Below, in pieces: positions 55,101 to 64,000 of a stretch of 64,000 nt of DNA (positions are counted from its first letter, which is position 1; every line of letters starts with the position of its first letter). Below the pieces are notes generated by a model, which was not told the DNA's origin, did not search any database, and saw nothing but the letters and a program-made list of their open reading frames with translations. The translations under genes and the position numbers were made by a program. Source of the stretch: Perkinsela sp. CCAP 1560/9 (taxonomy: Eukaryota; Protista; Euglenozoa: Kinetoplastea). The stretch spans positions 1-64,000 of the forward strand of contig CBFFSA010000013.1 of the NCBI GenBank assembly GCA_965644495.1, in the 5' to 3' direction.

Positions 55101-58100
55101 TTAAATGACACTAAAATTTGTTTGGTCGCAGGCTCAGGACTTGATTGCTGAAAAGTGGATGCTTTGGATGCCCTCTTAGATTTCACGGTATTTTCTTTTG
55201 TAATGCCCAAAGATTTCTTCTCCGCATCATACAATTTTTGACGCGCCTCTTCCTCATCCTTCGAAAAAGATTTACGTTCCTTTTCCTGGTCTCGGTACAA
55301 TTTGCTACGCAACGCTTTAAAATGCCTTGTAGTTTTCTTTTTCCATTTTTTCTCCTTTCCTGCAAGTTCCTCTTCGACTAGCTCAAGCAAAGAGGCATTG
55401 GCCTGTGCCGTTTGGAGAAGTTCGCTTGTGGAGGACTCGTTGGTAAAAGAGGGCGTCGCTTCTCCCGTGAATCGAATGGACACCGAGTTGGACGTAAACT
55501 TCGATTTCGAAAAATCCACAGAACGCCGGGTTATATTTGTTGTTGTCTTCGTAACCAGATCATTTTCCGGACCTAATTTGGCATCTAGTGTGGGACTGCC
55601 CAAAACGGATTTTGACACAACATCCTTGATAAACACATCCTCATGACTCGTGTAGTCAAGTGCTTCTTTTGGAGCCAAAGTCGTGCGTCCCACATTAATG
55701 GCGGATTGCTGAGATGCAGTCGTTAGCTTAGGCGCGAGATCGGGATGAACCGTTGACTTTAAGGAGGGAGAAGGCACAGGGTCGTCTAAAATCATTAGAG
55801 CGATGTCCACAAGAATAGAATCCGTTTCCGAATCCCAAAAACCCCCGACAGGATCAAATAACTTTTCCAAACTCACCACATTGTTAAATCCCCAGTCATT
55901 CTCCGCGGAATTGGACTGGAACCTCTGACATCCCTCGTTGCGAATACTCTCTCCTTCATTCACGTGCAGCAACGTAAGGATAAACTTACAGTGGACGTTT
56001 CCTGTCTGACAGAGATACAGCGCGAGGTGATCCTTGTGCTGCATCGCGAGCAGGCTCCATGGGACCCCACCGTACTGAAAATCCGGGCTGTAGTGCCGGT
56101 AGGGGTTCTTCCGCAACGAGCTCACGCGGGAGAGGCGAAAGCACACTCGTCCGGTGTGAAACACACTGGCAGCGTGCTCGAGAAAAAAACCGACCCCTCG
56201 TTTTCGTCGGCGTGAGGCTAGACGCTCCTTCTTGTGCCGGACACGTTCTCCAGGGACCACAGACCACACCACAAACTCGACTTGTTTATCCACTGAGAGG
56301 TTGCTGGGGTCCTCGCCGTTCTGCGGAGCGAATGCCCTGGTCGAGCTTTGAGACGACGTGTCCGTTGTTGCGTATTTATTTTTGCAATAGGCGGCAATTT
56401 CTGTAACCACCTTTTTAAGAAGACGGGGGCGCAGGGAACCGAGACCGGCGCGGAGTCCCGAGACGACTGTACGCTCGTACAAGTCTTGTGTATTTGCGTT
56501 GGTGTGAATATCTTGAGAGAGCAGCAAGGCGAGGGCAATTCCTTTGCGAATCTCCGGATACTCCTCCATGGTGGGGATAAAATCGCTTTCGAGACGACTC
56601 GCGAGACAGGATTTCGTGCCTTTCGGTCGTAACAACGGCTCCAGCAGGCGTTGCTTCTCCATCGCATGTATTACTTTTTCGACCCCGAGGCGAAATATGA
56701 GCTGTGCGACTGTGGCACTGGGGGATTTCTTTTGTTGTTGCTGCTGTGCCTTTGTCGGGTGAGGTCGAAGTACTTCAAGCACTTTCCTCAGCGTTTCACT
56801 GGAAAGTGCTTCCATCACAGATCGCCAGTCTGGCTCAATAACGTCCGGGAGAGGTGCTGCTTTGTTCAGCTGTGCGGCAGCTTCACCTTTTGTGTCGGTT
56901 TTTTCACTGGTGCCCGTTGTTTGCGTCTCAATACTCCCACTGGAGTGTCCAGATTTATGGTCTTCCGATTGAAGTCGCTCTTCCTCCTCCGTAAGAGCGC
57001 CATTGGACCCAGTCTCTTCATCCTCCTCCGGAGTATGCTTCCCACGTAAACTGCGACGCGCACGACCCTCCGCCAAAGGGTCCTGTGTGTGGTCCGCTAA
57101 ACAAGGAGGTGGGAATGGACCCCTTGCTGCTCGCACCATTCCATGTTCGTCCCGCACTTTCTTTGTCGCAAACATGCGGTAATCTTCCTGCTTTTTACGC
57201 GCATACTCTTCGTTTGCTTTCTGCAGCGCGGCATCGGCGGAGGAAGAGGTTGGATCATTTATCTTGGTATCTTTTATCCTTGATATCTGTGCCTTTTTGT
57301 CAATAACTGAGCCCTCCTTGGCATTAGTAGAGCTCCTGTTTTCTGCGTCATCCTGGTCGTCGTCTGTATCGAGATCTCTAGCGTCGAACCGCGTTGCGGT
57401 TTTTAGAACTCGGGAAGGGGCTAGTGACAAGAAATCTTTCGGAAGCGCATCCACAAAATCCTCAAAACATGGCCGACGGAATCTTTGGGAGATTTGAGCC
57501 AGACTCTTTTCCAGTGGCGTAGGCACACATTTTGCTGTGTTGTCCCTGGTATAATCCACCCGGGAAGCACTCACGGCATGACTCCCGATGGGTAACATCT
57601 CCGATGGCAAAAAGTCCTCTGCCTTTCCCTTCGAGAGCGTTCGGAAAGGTTTTCCCACCCCTTCACCTGGATCCCCCGCTAAATGCTCCACGCCACACAC
57701 CACTCGATCCCGCGTCATCGCCTCCAGCAACTTTAACGTTTCCTCCATGTTGCCCTCTGCGAGATAATGCTGCAGTAAGTCACGTTCCGTGGGCCGCATC
57801 GCATTTAAATACCCCGCGTGTTCTTCACCATTCAACACGGCGCGACCTCCATCTTCCACTACCCCCGCCTTTATCCCCCCGTTTCCTTCCTCTTCCCCAT
57901 GCAACAAAACCGACGAAACTCCCGGACCCGAGGACACTCTCCCCCGGGCACTCTCCCACTGCACTTTCCGTTCCACTACCTTCGGGTCCCGTAACGCCGC
58001 ACGATCTGCGGAAGCCCCACGGATCGGCGTTGGTTCCTTCCTCCCCTCTTTCCTCTGCTGCCCCTCCTGCTGCACTCTCTGCTCCCTCTCCCTTGCTCCT

Positions 58101-59368
58101 GCCACCATTGCGGCTACCCCCGCTAACTCGCGGAACCTACGACCCAACAACAGCGTGTTGAGTTTGTCCCGAGCTCGTGGGGGTGGGTGACTACCACTAC
58201 GACCACTACTGCCTTTACACTGTTGTAACGCAGCCGTGAGATCCCGTCGTAGGGTATGGGAGAGGGAGAGGAGAGAGGAGGGGGAGTCAGGAGAAGAATC
58301 ATTAGGATTATGATTACTATGATTCATCATCCTCATTGAGTTGTGAGCGCTATGATGATTTATGTGATGCTCATCTTTAAGAGAGCAAGGATGGGGGGTG
58401 TCATTATGGTTGTGACGGGTGTGATGAGAATGACCCTCATCATTATTTATCATCATCCTCGGGTTGTGAGGGCTGTGATGGGGACCATCATGGTTGTGAG
58501 AGATAGGATGGGAGGAATTGTGATCATTAGGGGAGCTGTGATGAGGAGTATCCTCATCAGGAGAGCTGTGATGAGAAGGGCCCTCATTGTGAGGGTTGTG
58601 ATGAGAATGATTATCATCATCATCATGATGGTGGTGAGGGTTATGATGAAGAGGTAGGGAAGGATGAGGAAGGGGTAGGGTAGGGTCGTGTGGGGGTAGG
58701 TATGGTAGGGGATGGGAGAATGTACGAGTCGTGTCCTCTGAGGGGAGGGAAGTTTCGGGGTGTTGTTGAGGGGATGTGTCATAAGAACGAGAGAGAGGTG
58801 AAAGGAGAGGAGGAAGGCGTCGAGAGGGCCCGATTTGTGAGAGTGTTCCGTGATCCAACGCATCGAGTGCGGCGAGGAGAGCATATAAAGTGTCACAAGG
58901 GGAGGACGGGTACGGCGGGGATGGCAGTGCGGTGGGGGGTGGGGCGTTGAGGTGGGGTGTAGGGGAATCGGGCGTGAGAGGAGGTCTTGTGGCAGACGTC
59001 AGCGTGTCGGTGATCTGTGCCGCATCCTCCCATGCACGAGGCTCGGTAGGATCCTGTGCACGTCTCTTTTTCTTGGTCTCTTGTCGTGATAGAAGCGACA
59101 AGGGGATTGAAGGGATCGAATGCGCCGCGCTCTCACTAGAGATTTCCATGGGTCTGCGCACGGCCGTGGTGGTTACGCCGACTGACCCAAATGGGATGCC
59201 GCGAGATAGGGAGAGATCTTTGCCAATACCAGTTTTAATTTCGGATTGCGGGTTGATCGGAAGCGTAGGGATCTTGGGCGGAGGAGCATCAAGTTTGCAG
59301 TGAAGCGTTTCGTCGAAGGCCACATTTGCAGGAGTGGAATGATCTGGGCGAGACGCAGAAGAGCCCAT
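52181..59368 (-). CDS. Large low-complexity protein with MATH/TRAF domain and coiled coil
   Basis: MATH-like YSPDFQYGGVPWSL..HLALYL..DWGFNNVVSLEKLFDP..GF followed by a coiled coil, with His-rich and Pro-rich tracts. Likely start MGSSAS at 59368. Confidence 0.8.
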   Translation of the reverse strand: MGSSASRPDHSTPANVAFDETLHCKLDAPPPKIPTLPINPQSEIKTGIGKDLSLSRGIPFGSVGVTTTAVRRPMEISSESAAHSIPSIPLSLLSRQETKKKRRAQDPTEPRAWEDAAQITDTLTSATRPPLTPDSPTPHLNAPPPTALPSPPYPSSPCDTLYALLAALDALDHGTLSQIGPSRRLPPLLSPLSRSYDTSPQQHPETSLPSEDTTRTFSHPLPYLPPHDPTLPLPHPSLPLHHNPHHHHDDDDNHSHHNPHNEGPSHHSSPDEDTPHHSSPNDHNSSHPISHNHDGPHHSPHNPRMMINNDEGHSHHTRHNHNDTPHPCSLKDEHHINHHSAHNSMRMMNHSNHNPNDSSPDSPSSLLSLSHTLRRDLTAALQQCKGSSGRSGSHPPPRARDKLNTLLLGRRFRELAGVAAMVAGAREREQRVQQEGQQRKEGRKEPTPIRGASADRAALRDPKVVERKVQWESARGRVSSGPGVSSVLLHGEEEGNGGIKAGVVEDGGRAVLNGEEHAGYLNAMRPTERDLLQHYLAEGNMEETLKLLEAMTRDRVVCGVEHLAGDPGEGVGKPFRTLSKGKAEDFLPSEMLPIGSHAVSASRVDYTRDNTAKCVPTPLEKSLAQISQRFRRPCFEDFVDALPKDFLSLAPSRVLKTATRFDARDLDTDDDQDDAENRSSTNAKEGSVIDKKAQISRIKDTKINDPTSSSADAALQKANEEYARKKQEDYRMFATKKVRDEHGMVRAARGPFPPPCLADHTQDPLAEGRARRSLRGKHTPEEDEETGSNGALTEEEERLQSEDHKSGHSSGSIETQTTGTSEKTDTKGEAAAQLNKAAPLPDVIEPDWRSVMEALSSETLRKVLEVLRPHPTKAQQQQQKKSPSATVAQLIFRLGVEKVIHAMEKQRLLEPLLRPKGTKSCLASRLESDFIPTMEEYPEIRKGIALALLLSQDIHTNANTQDLYERTVVSGLRAGLGSLRPRLLKKVVTEIAAYCKNKYATTDTSSQSSTRAFAPQNGEDPSNLSVDKQVEFVVWSVVPGERVRHKKERLASRRRKRGVGFFLEHAASVFHTGRVCFRLSRVSSLRKNPYRHYSPDFQYGGVPWSLLAMQHKDHLALYLCQTGNVHCKFILTLLHVNEGESIRNEGCQRFQSNSAENDWGFNNVVSLEKLFDPVGGFWDSETDSILVDIALMILDDPVPSPSLKSTVHPDLAPKLTTASQQSAINVGRTTLAPKEALDYTSHEDVFIKDVVSKSVLGSPTLDAKLGPENDLVTKTTTNITRRSVDFSKSKFTSNSVSIRFTGEATPSFTNESSTSELLQTAQANASLLELVEEELAGKEKKWKKKTTRHFKALRSKLYRDQEKERKSFSKDEEEARQKLYDAEKKSLGITKENTVKSKRASKASTFQQSSPEPATKQILVSFNDYGDKSLSCEIKEIQEATSAVRAETAKLTEDLSQLLSEKSTTERKITDIVSQERQTRQKLKLMRSKVARKQAILDDYSVTLRDLENSISHVRAQKESATGETKTKESKRAEPQLLNASTGKALHDTTIEKQDDSSTLSYSRSKSPRSPVPSTPPLLSRSSNKSKRGIKTGETRELRHSETSKKPLTSPGGDEKNGLSLEAESLLHSSGLPDNIAKDAPPLRDVLPTSTFHSPHVTPHTTLSPSALHKTPPGALPPPFPLVAPPLTIHPSQSLPFPSCSSTHEPPPYAPPHISPHPSTRSSPQRPPLPPSLPYPSQALPFPDPSLPHPSSSTLPFLPFPPPTPYGARSHLPYQEIPSPQGVLSQRASPQRVSPQGVPSERAPPQGVPSERVPPQAVPSERVYPQGIPSERVPSQGIPSERVYPQGIPASTTTNMYRIPNANTTPSLPQQQQQQQQPMELPLPPPPPPQTGTFPPPPLYPPHESSSSSTLPSPFPMTPAFPGPMGPHGPPGHGPLPPLQPPPVPPNAYTHVLPTRGGWEKGESGRKERKWETLMNPMALPHPMGPPPTTTTATTTTMSSVAFPFPLPHPHGATLPLGHRREMHEASPMFHESSPHFYEGLTLQTPFIPSTTGGSNPTSPQGVKDYPAAWGESGFSSSGRPALPEPQLNHAKGKNKIRQRLSGVHPSKETFLSFPMTPEVGLGNVYNPLGSSYAPVASSVGKKENRAGRVGSLPKMKGGFIPEVTGTGMPSLEKQSVHPGWDSHPLGEAEQGVNFVPYSTNVLGSNSSHFTQGMGRPLRDSSQIRGGSLPGAFEHFQRQPPSGNTFEENFMLGYSSSPGSYVGSGASPTTLDPFSISFPTEENSEQDEPLNAGEELNPSEYVDAARDASKVLSALKMATLQQDQNNQNGKGIRELGKGSVQPESGAFEHFEPSLSLGELEESGWSPTFSQQGRTADPSLVSILENWSRAQNESTE
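53824..54032 (-). repeat. Coding 30-bp tandem repeat (PQG(I/V)PSERV)
   Basis: About 5 full units of CCCTTGAGGATAAACCCGTTCAGAAGGAAT-type repeats plus half units. Confidence 0.85.
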
Positions 59369-60404
59369 AAAAGTGATGAACTTGTAGTGGTGATAAGCAA
59401 CTCTACAAGAAAGATAATTTGCACGATAGATCAGATAATATACTAAAGATACATTTTTTTTGATACTTCTTTTTGGGATGAACGACATGAAAAGCAAAAA
59501 AAACTTTTTTAGTCTTCTTGAAGAAGGATTCATACAGTTAAACTGTAGACATTAAGTCAAATAGCCTGAGATCACACAAAATACATGTATGATCCCGTAC
59601 GCGCATACGACGTGTTTGGCTATTCATGTTTACCCATCCGAAACACAATATCCATAGTGTTTCAGGTTGTGCGGTCCAGATCTTGGTATGCAGTGGGGGG
59701 TCACGAAAACGGTGCGGGGTATAAAATTTGTACCGTGCGAGCTCTTGACGTAATTCCTTTGGCATTCAAAAGATCTCGAATTTTTAAGACTACTAGCACC
59801 ATTGTTGCCCCCTCTGAAGCTGGTATGACGTCATGAGAAAAATTTACTGCAAATTTTACCCGAAAATTCTGCAAAAATCAGATTTTTATCATTTTGTATC
59901 ATTTTAGCGCATCAAACTATGAATAAAAACAAAATGGTTTCTATAACTGGTTAAAACGGAAACCAGCGGCTACAGTGATCATGGATAACGCTCAGGGCCA
60001 TAATCATGCTCGACGTATCGGAGAGATATGAGTATTAGCATTCCGGATTGGCCTGCCAAGTCGCCGGATTTAAATTTAATTCAAATTTTTGGAGCATGAT
60101 GGACCACACATAAAATTTACTCTCCGCCCCACAAACCGTAAGGAACTGCAAGCTGCAATTCCAAAAGCGCTTGATTATCTATTATCTGATATAAAAGCAT
60201 CGTATAATAATACTTTGACAAGCTTCCCGTCCCGAATCAGACTTATTTGAGAAAAATGGGGGATCAATAAATAAATAGTGAGCAAATCCAAATGTGCAAA
60301 AAAAGACCGTTTTTTACCGACTCACCATTATCACCCAACCTTATACATATATGCCTAAGTAATTATAACGCACCTAGTCTTAAAATTTCGAGATCTGTTG
60401 AATT

Positions 60405-61692
60405 ACTGTCCCCCCCTATTTAGTGTGGAGTGAAATTCGGCAAAATCCAACACTAAATAGGGGGGGGGTAAGAAGTCTCCTTCCCTCAAAAAAAAAACGC
60501 GCCGCTTCGCGCCGTATTGTTTTCAAAATCACGATTGTAAAGGAGTGCCCGGTTTACTATACCCCCCGGTATGGTACGAGATCATACATATGGTAGCAGG
60601 TCACAGGTATGGTAAGTTGTTGGGATAAATTTGTAAAAAAGTGATTACCAGCATAAGTTAGTAGTGGATGTTAATAATATCACCAACAAAAAGTCATAGA
60701 AATGAAAAAACGCGATAAATAGTACAGAAAACAGATAAATACTGCTCTGTAGGGTTATGATCTACGTGGACCACCTCGAACAAGAAGTCGATATCATATG
60801 TTGTCTGCCTGAAGAACCAGCGGAGGGTATGCTATCGGCCATGGGTCACGATACCATACCCCCCCGGTGTGGTACCAGGTCACAGGCATGCTAAATAGCA
60901 ATAGTAGATAAAATCTTCCATGCCGCAAAAAGAGGAAATCAGAATTGAAATTCGGACGGCGAAATTCGACAAGAGATTTGAGATGCACTGAAATCTCTTT
61001 TCCAGCCGCTTCAACGCGGTATTTTACAAAAGAGCGCCTGTAAATCAATCGTTCATGAGCTGATTTTAGAATATGAAGCGGGAAACACGATTCTTGCCAT
61101 CGATTTCAAGAACGCATACAACGCACCACACCGTACAGCGATCGAACAGGCCTATTTCAGTACCCTGTTTTCAAACACTTCTTGTGAATGTTCTATCTAG
61201 AATACGGTCAGCCATCAGGGCCCCTTTTCCTTGCCAATAACTGATAAACGGGACCCCCGTTTAGTATTATTTCACTGGGTTGGGGATACAGCTTTATAAA
61301 CTCTGTGGGGCATTAGTATACTAAGTATAAAGGCCTGTGGGTGGACATCTTGCAAAGGGGTATACAGCTATAAAGGCTAGGTCTGACAAGCAAAGTACAT
61401 ATAAAGGAGAACCAAACAAGCGAAAAATGAATACAACCCGCTCACCAAAAATGGGACCAACGTTTATAGAGCTACGAGTCCTGCTTTTTTGTTGATTGCA
61501 AATATCACCATGAATGATTAAAGTAAATCAGTAGAAATAGGTGAACAATCACAAATGACAAGCAAAGATAAGAAAAAAAGTGTTTGGAAAAAACGAATTA
61601 AGCGCCGCTTCGCGGCGCCTATACGCACAGAACCCAAAATTCAACACTAAATAGGGGGGGTTGAGCACTCAACAGTAAATAGGGGGGGACAG
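60405..61692. mobile_element. CTGTCCCCCC-family MITE with nested insertions
   Basis: TA|CTGTCCCCCCTATTTAGTG ... TAAATAGGGGGGGACAG|TA, with internal AACACTAAATAGGGG repeats. Confidence 0.75.
60982..61220 (+). mobile_element. RT fragment of a CRE-like retrotransposon (not in ORF track)
   Basis: Manual translation gives LFQPLQRGILQKSACKSIVHELILEYEAGNTILAIDFKNAYNAPHRTAIEQA, containing the RT motif DFKNA(Y/F)N. Confidence 0.7.
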
Positions 61693-62068
61693 TACGTCAA
61701 AAGCTCGCACGGCACAAATTTTATACCCCGCACCGTTTTCGTGACCCCCTCTGTATAGTAAAACTCCTCCTAAAGGCCCTCGTCACCAAGTGTTGGCGAC
61801 ACTCTTTCGCAAGCTCTGTGTCCTCGCAGAAGAGCATGTCCAATTTACTCGCCGAGTCTTGGAGACTTCCTCGTGTCCCAATATCTGGGGCAAATAGATA
61901 TGCTTCGAGATAATTATGCTTTTGCGTATGCCACAGGTGGTTGTATTTCAGTTGAGACTCCGAAAAAAGTTTGGAATTAGGATAATAAAAAAATTGGAAT
62001 TGGGATAATAAATTATACTATTTCAAAATTAATATTTGGAATAAAATACGCATGCTTTCATGCTCATA

Positions 62069-62779
62069 CTAAAAATTAGCATGATAGGGATTTACGTCGT
62101 TATAAATCTCAACGCATTTAGGCCTACTACTGTAGAATAGAGTATTTCTACTCAAGCTCAAGACACTAAGGCTCCGTGGAAGCATAGAAAAGTTGACTCT
62201 ACCAGAAAAGAAATTGTATGCTAGCCAAGCGTACTCAATATTTGGAGGAAGTTGCGTAAGATCAATGATCCCATCAAACCGATTGTGTTCTATGTTGAGA
62301 CCGTACAGTTTTGGGGGCAGCCGAGTAAAATCCAGTGCTCCAAAGAAATCCCCTCTAAGATCAGACTCAACAGAAAACTCTTTTAACTCATGCGGGAGTA
62401 CAGAAAAATCAATCATGTCCTGGAGTCGATTGTCTCGCAATTTTCCTCGACGGATACCTTTGCCAATATATAGTTTGACGGTTGAGAGCGGAAGATGGGA
62501 CCAATCAACCCGACCCCTTAGTTCGAAGCCACCCCAAAGTATTTCAAATCCTGCGTCTGTAGTCTGCACTCCGACCCATTCCTTAATAGATTTGTTTGCC
62601 TTCCACGTAGGATGAGGGTTTTGAACGAAGCGGACGAAACGTGAAAGTTCAACCTCAGGAGGAAGATATTGCCCTCGTACCTTCCCCGCTCTGGAAGTAG
62701 AAGTGTCGGCTGCACCTAACATCGTACGGAAGCCAATTATATTCGAGTCACCAGAAAAAGCCATTACGGATAACGTCAT
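62069..62779 (-). CDS. Leucine-rich repeat protein
   Basis: RAGKVRGQYLPPEVEL..NPHPTW cap and about 5 LRRs. Confidence 0.9.
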   Translation of the reverse strand: MTLSVMAFSGDSNIIGFRTMLGAADTSTSRAGKVRGQYLPPEVELSRFVRFVQNPHPTWKANKSIKEWVGVQTTDAGFEILWGGFELRGRVDWSHLPLSTVKLYIGKGIRRGKLRDNRLQDMIDFSVLPHELKEFSVESDLRGDFFGALDFTRLPPKLYGLNIEHNRFDGIIDLTQLPPNIEYAWLAYNFFSGRVNFSMLPRSLSVLSLSRNTLFYSSRPKCVEIYNDVNPYHANF

Positions 62780-62841
62780 TAGGGACTGAAAAGTATAATA
62801 TAATATAAAATATAATATAATTTCTTTAATATTTTTTTTAT

Positions 62842-63161
62842 GAAAAAATCCGAACTTGGCGGACCCGTCCTGCGGATATGCGGGGGGGTCACCCCCGGGT
62901 AGGGGAGTGAAAAATGCGCGCCAAGACCCCGGCTACCGCTTCTGCGGTTTTTTTTCGAAAAATATTTTTTTCAAAAAACATTTCGTGCGGTATGCCCCCC
63001 CTTAGACCCCCCCCATGGACCCCCCATTTTTTTCAATTCTTTTTTTCAATTTTGGACCACCGGAGCCCCCTTTTATATTTTTTTCTTCTATCATATTACT
63101 GTGTTTCTCTTATTTTTTTGTCAAAAATCGAGGGTAGAGCGGTAGTTATACAACCACCGCA
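62842..63161 (+). repeat. Dispersed ~320-bp repeat, copy 2
   Basis: Highly similar to 20826-21146. Confidence 0.85.
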
Positions 63162-64000
63162 ATACCATTGTTAGTAATAGGTGATTGTTAATAATAGATG
63201 AACCCCCTCTTTATGTACATGTACTTTTATATCGTTTTTTAAAAGTTATCATCAAAAGTCCCCAACATGTATCTTATTGATATAAGCCCTCTTTTGTATG
63301 TAACGCGTACATTACTATAAGCAGTCCAAACGAGATATCTCGTATGGGGCACACTTGCTCTCCCCAGGAGAGGCAAACAAATCACCTCCGCCTAGGCATC
63401 GGAGTGCGTGAACTCCGAGCGGTACTCGCTACCGGTAAACGAGCAGAGGGACTTTCCTCGGAGTGCGTGTGAAACTTAAAAATAAGCTTCAGAGACATCA
63501 ACACCTGAAGAAAGTTGTTTCGTCTCGTTGCCTCACTCCGTGCACGTACAAGATAACTTTGACGGGTAACTTTAAGTCGAGCGCACGGAAACAAATTCCG
63601 AGCTCAACTGATGTAATCATGTAGATAAGAATGTGACAAGAATATGACACACGTATTAAATAATATTTAATCACCCTCTATTTACTATTTAGTACCTTGT
63701 CTCCCTATTTAGTGTTTTTTCTGCTTCGTAGACATTGACGAAACTGCGCCAATTTTTTTCCCTCCCCTACTTAGTGTTGGATTTTGCCCAATTCTACCAA
63801 ACACTAAATAGGGGGGGACGGTATATAAAAATTTTTCTCTCGACCGAATATTGCGTTGCTGGCTAAAGCCATCTATTACGATGTAAAGAATTTAAGATAC
63901 TGGCGAGGTAGGAGAGAAATAAAGCAAGAAACTCATTGCTTTTTACCGTTAGTTTTTATCATTAGTTTTTTTAGGAATAAATTTCAGTCGTTTTTTGATT

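Larger units (their letters stand above)
59691..61753 (+). mobile_element. Tc1/mariner element remnant with nested insertions
   Basis: About 50-bp TIRs GGGGTCACGAAAACGGTGCGGGGTATAAAATTTGT. Degenerate VIMDNAQGH..PDWPAKSPDLNLIQIFW at ~59975-60100. Confidence 0.8.

Overview
Intron-less eukaryotic DNA with kinetoplastid hallmarks. All host genes lie on the minus strand (one directional cluster), there is a trypanosome-type mitoribosomal protein, and three genomic copies of a spliced-leader (SL)-like sequence (..GATAAAGATACAGTTTCTGTACCTTGTTG) are present. A Perkinsela-like or other non-trypanosomatid kinetoplastid is my inference. The window holds about 6 single-copy genes (Scc2/NIPBL, mL64-like, TMEM245-like, a giant MATH-domain protein, two hypotheticals), 12 members of a small leucine-rich-repeat (LRR) gene family, and many nested transposons (Tc1/mariner, hAT, Merlin/IS1595, MITEs, CRE-like and DIRS/TATE-like remnants). 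The main observation is two divergent HERO-like (RT plus restriction-like endonuclease) non-LTR retrotransposons. Each sits in sense orientation inside a different LRR gene at the same register of the repeat (just before the L of LSxNxF), without target duplication. The full-length copy carries a retro-copied SL at its 5' end and two unusual Cys/His motifs. This suggests a retroelement that targets LRR coding repeats, but the evidence is only two insertions. Two further SL-capped retrocopies show that trans-spliced RNAs are being written back into this genome.
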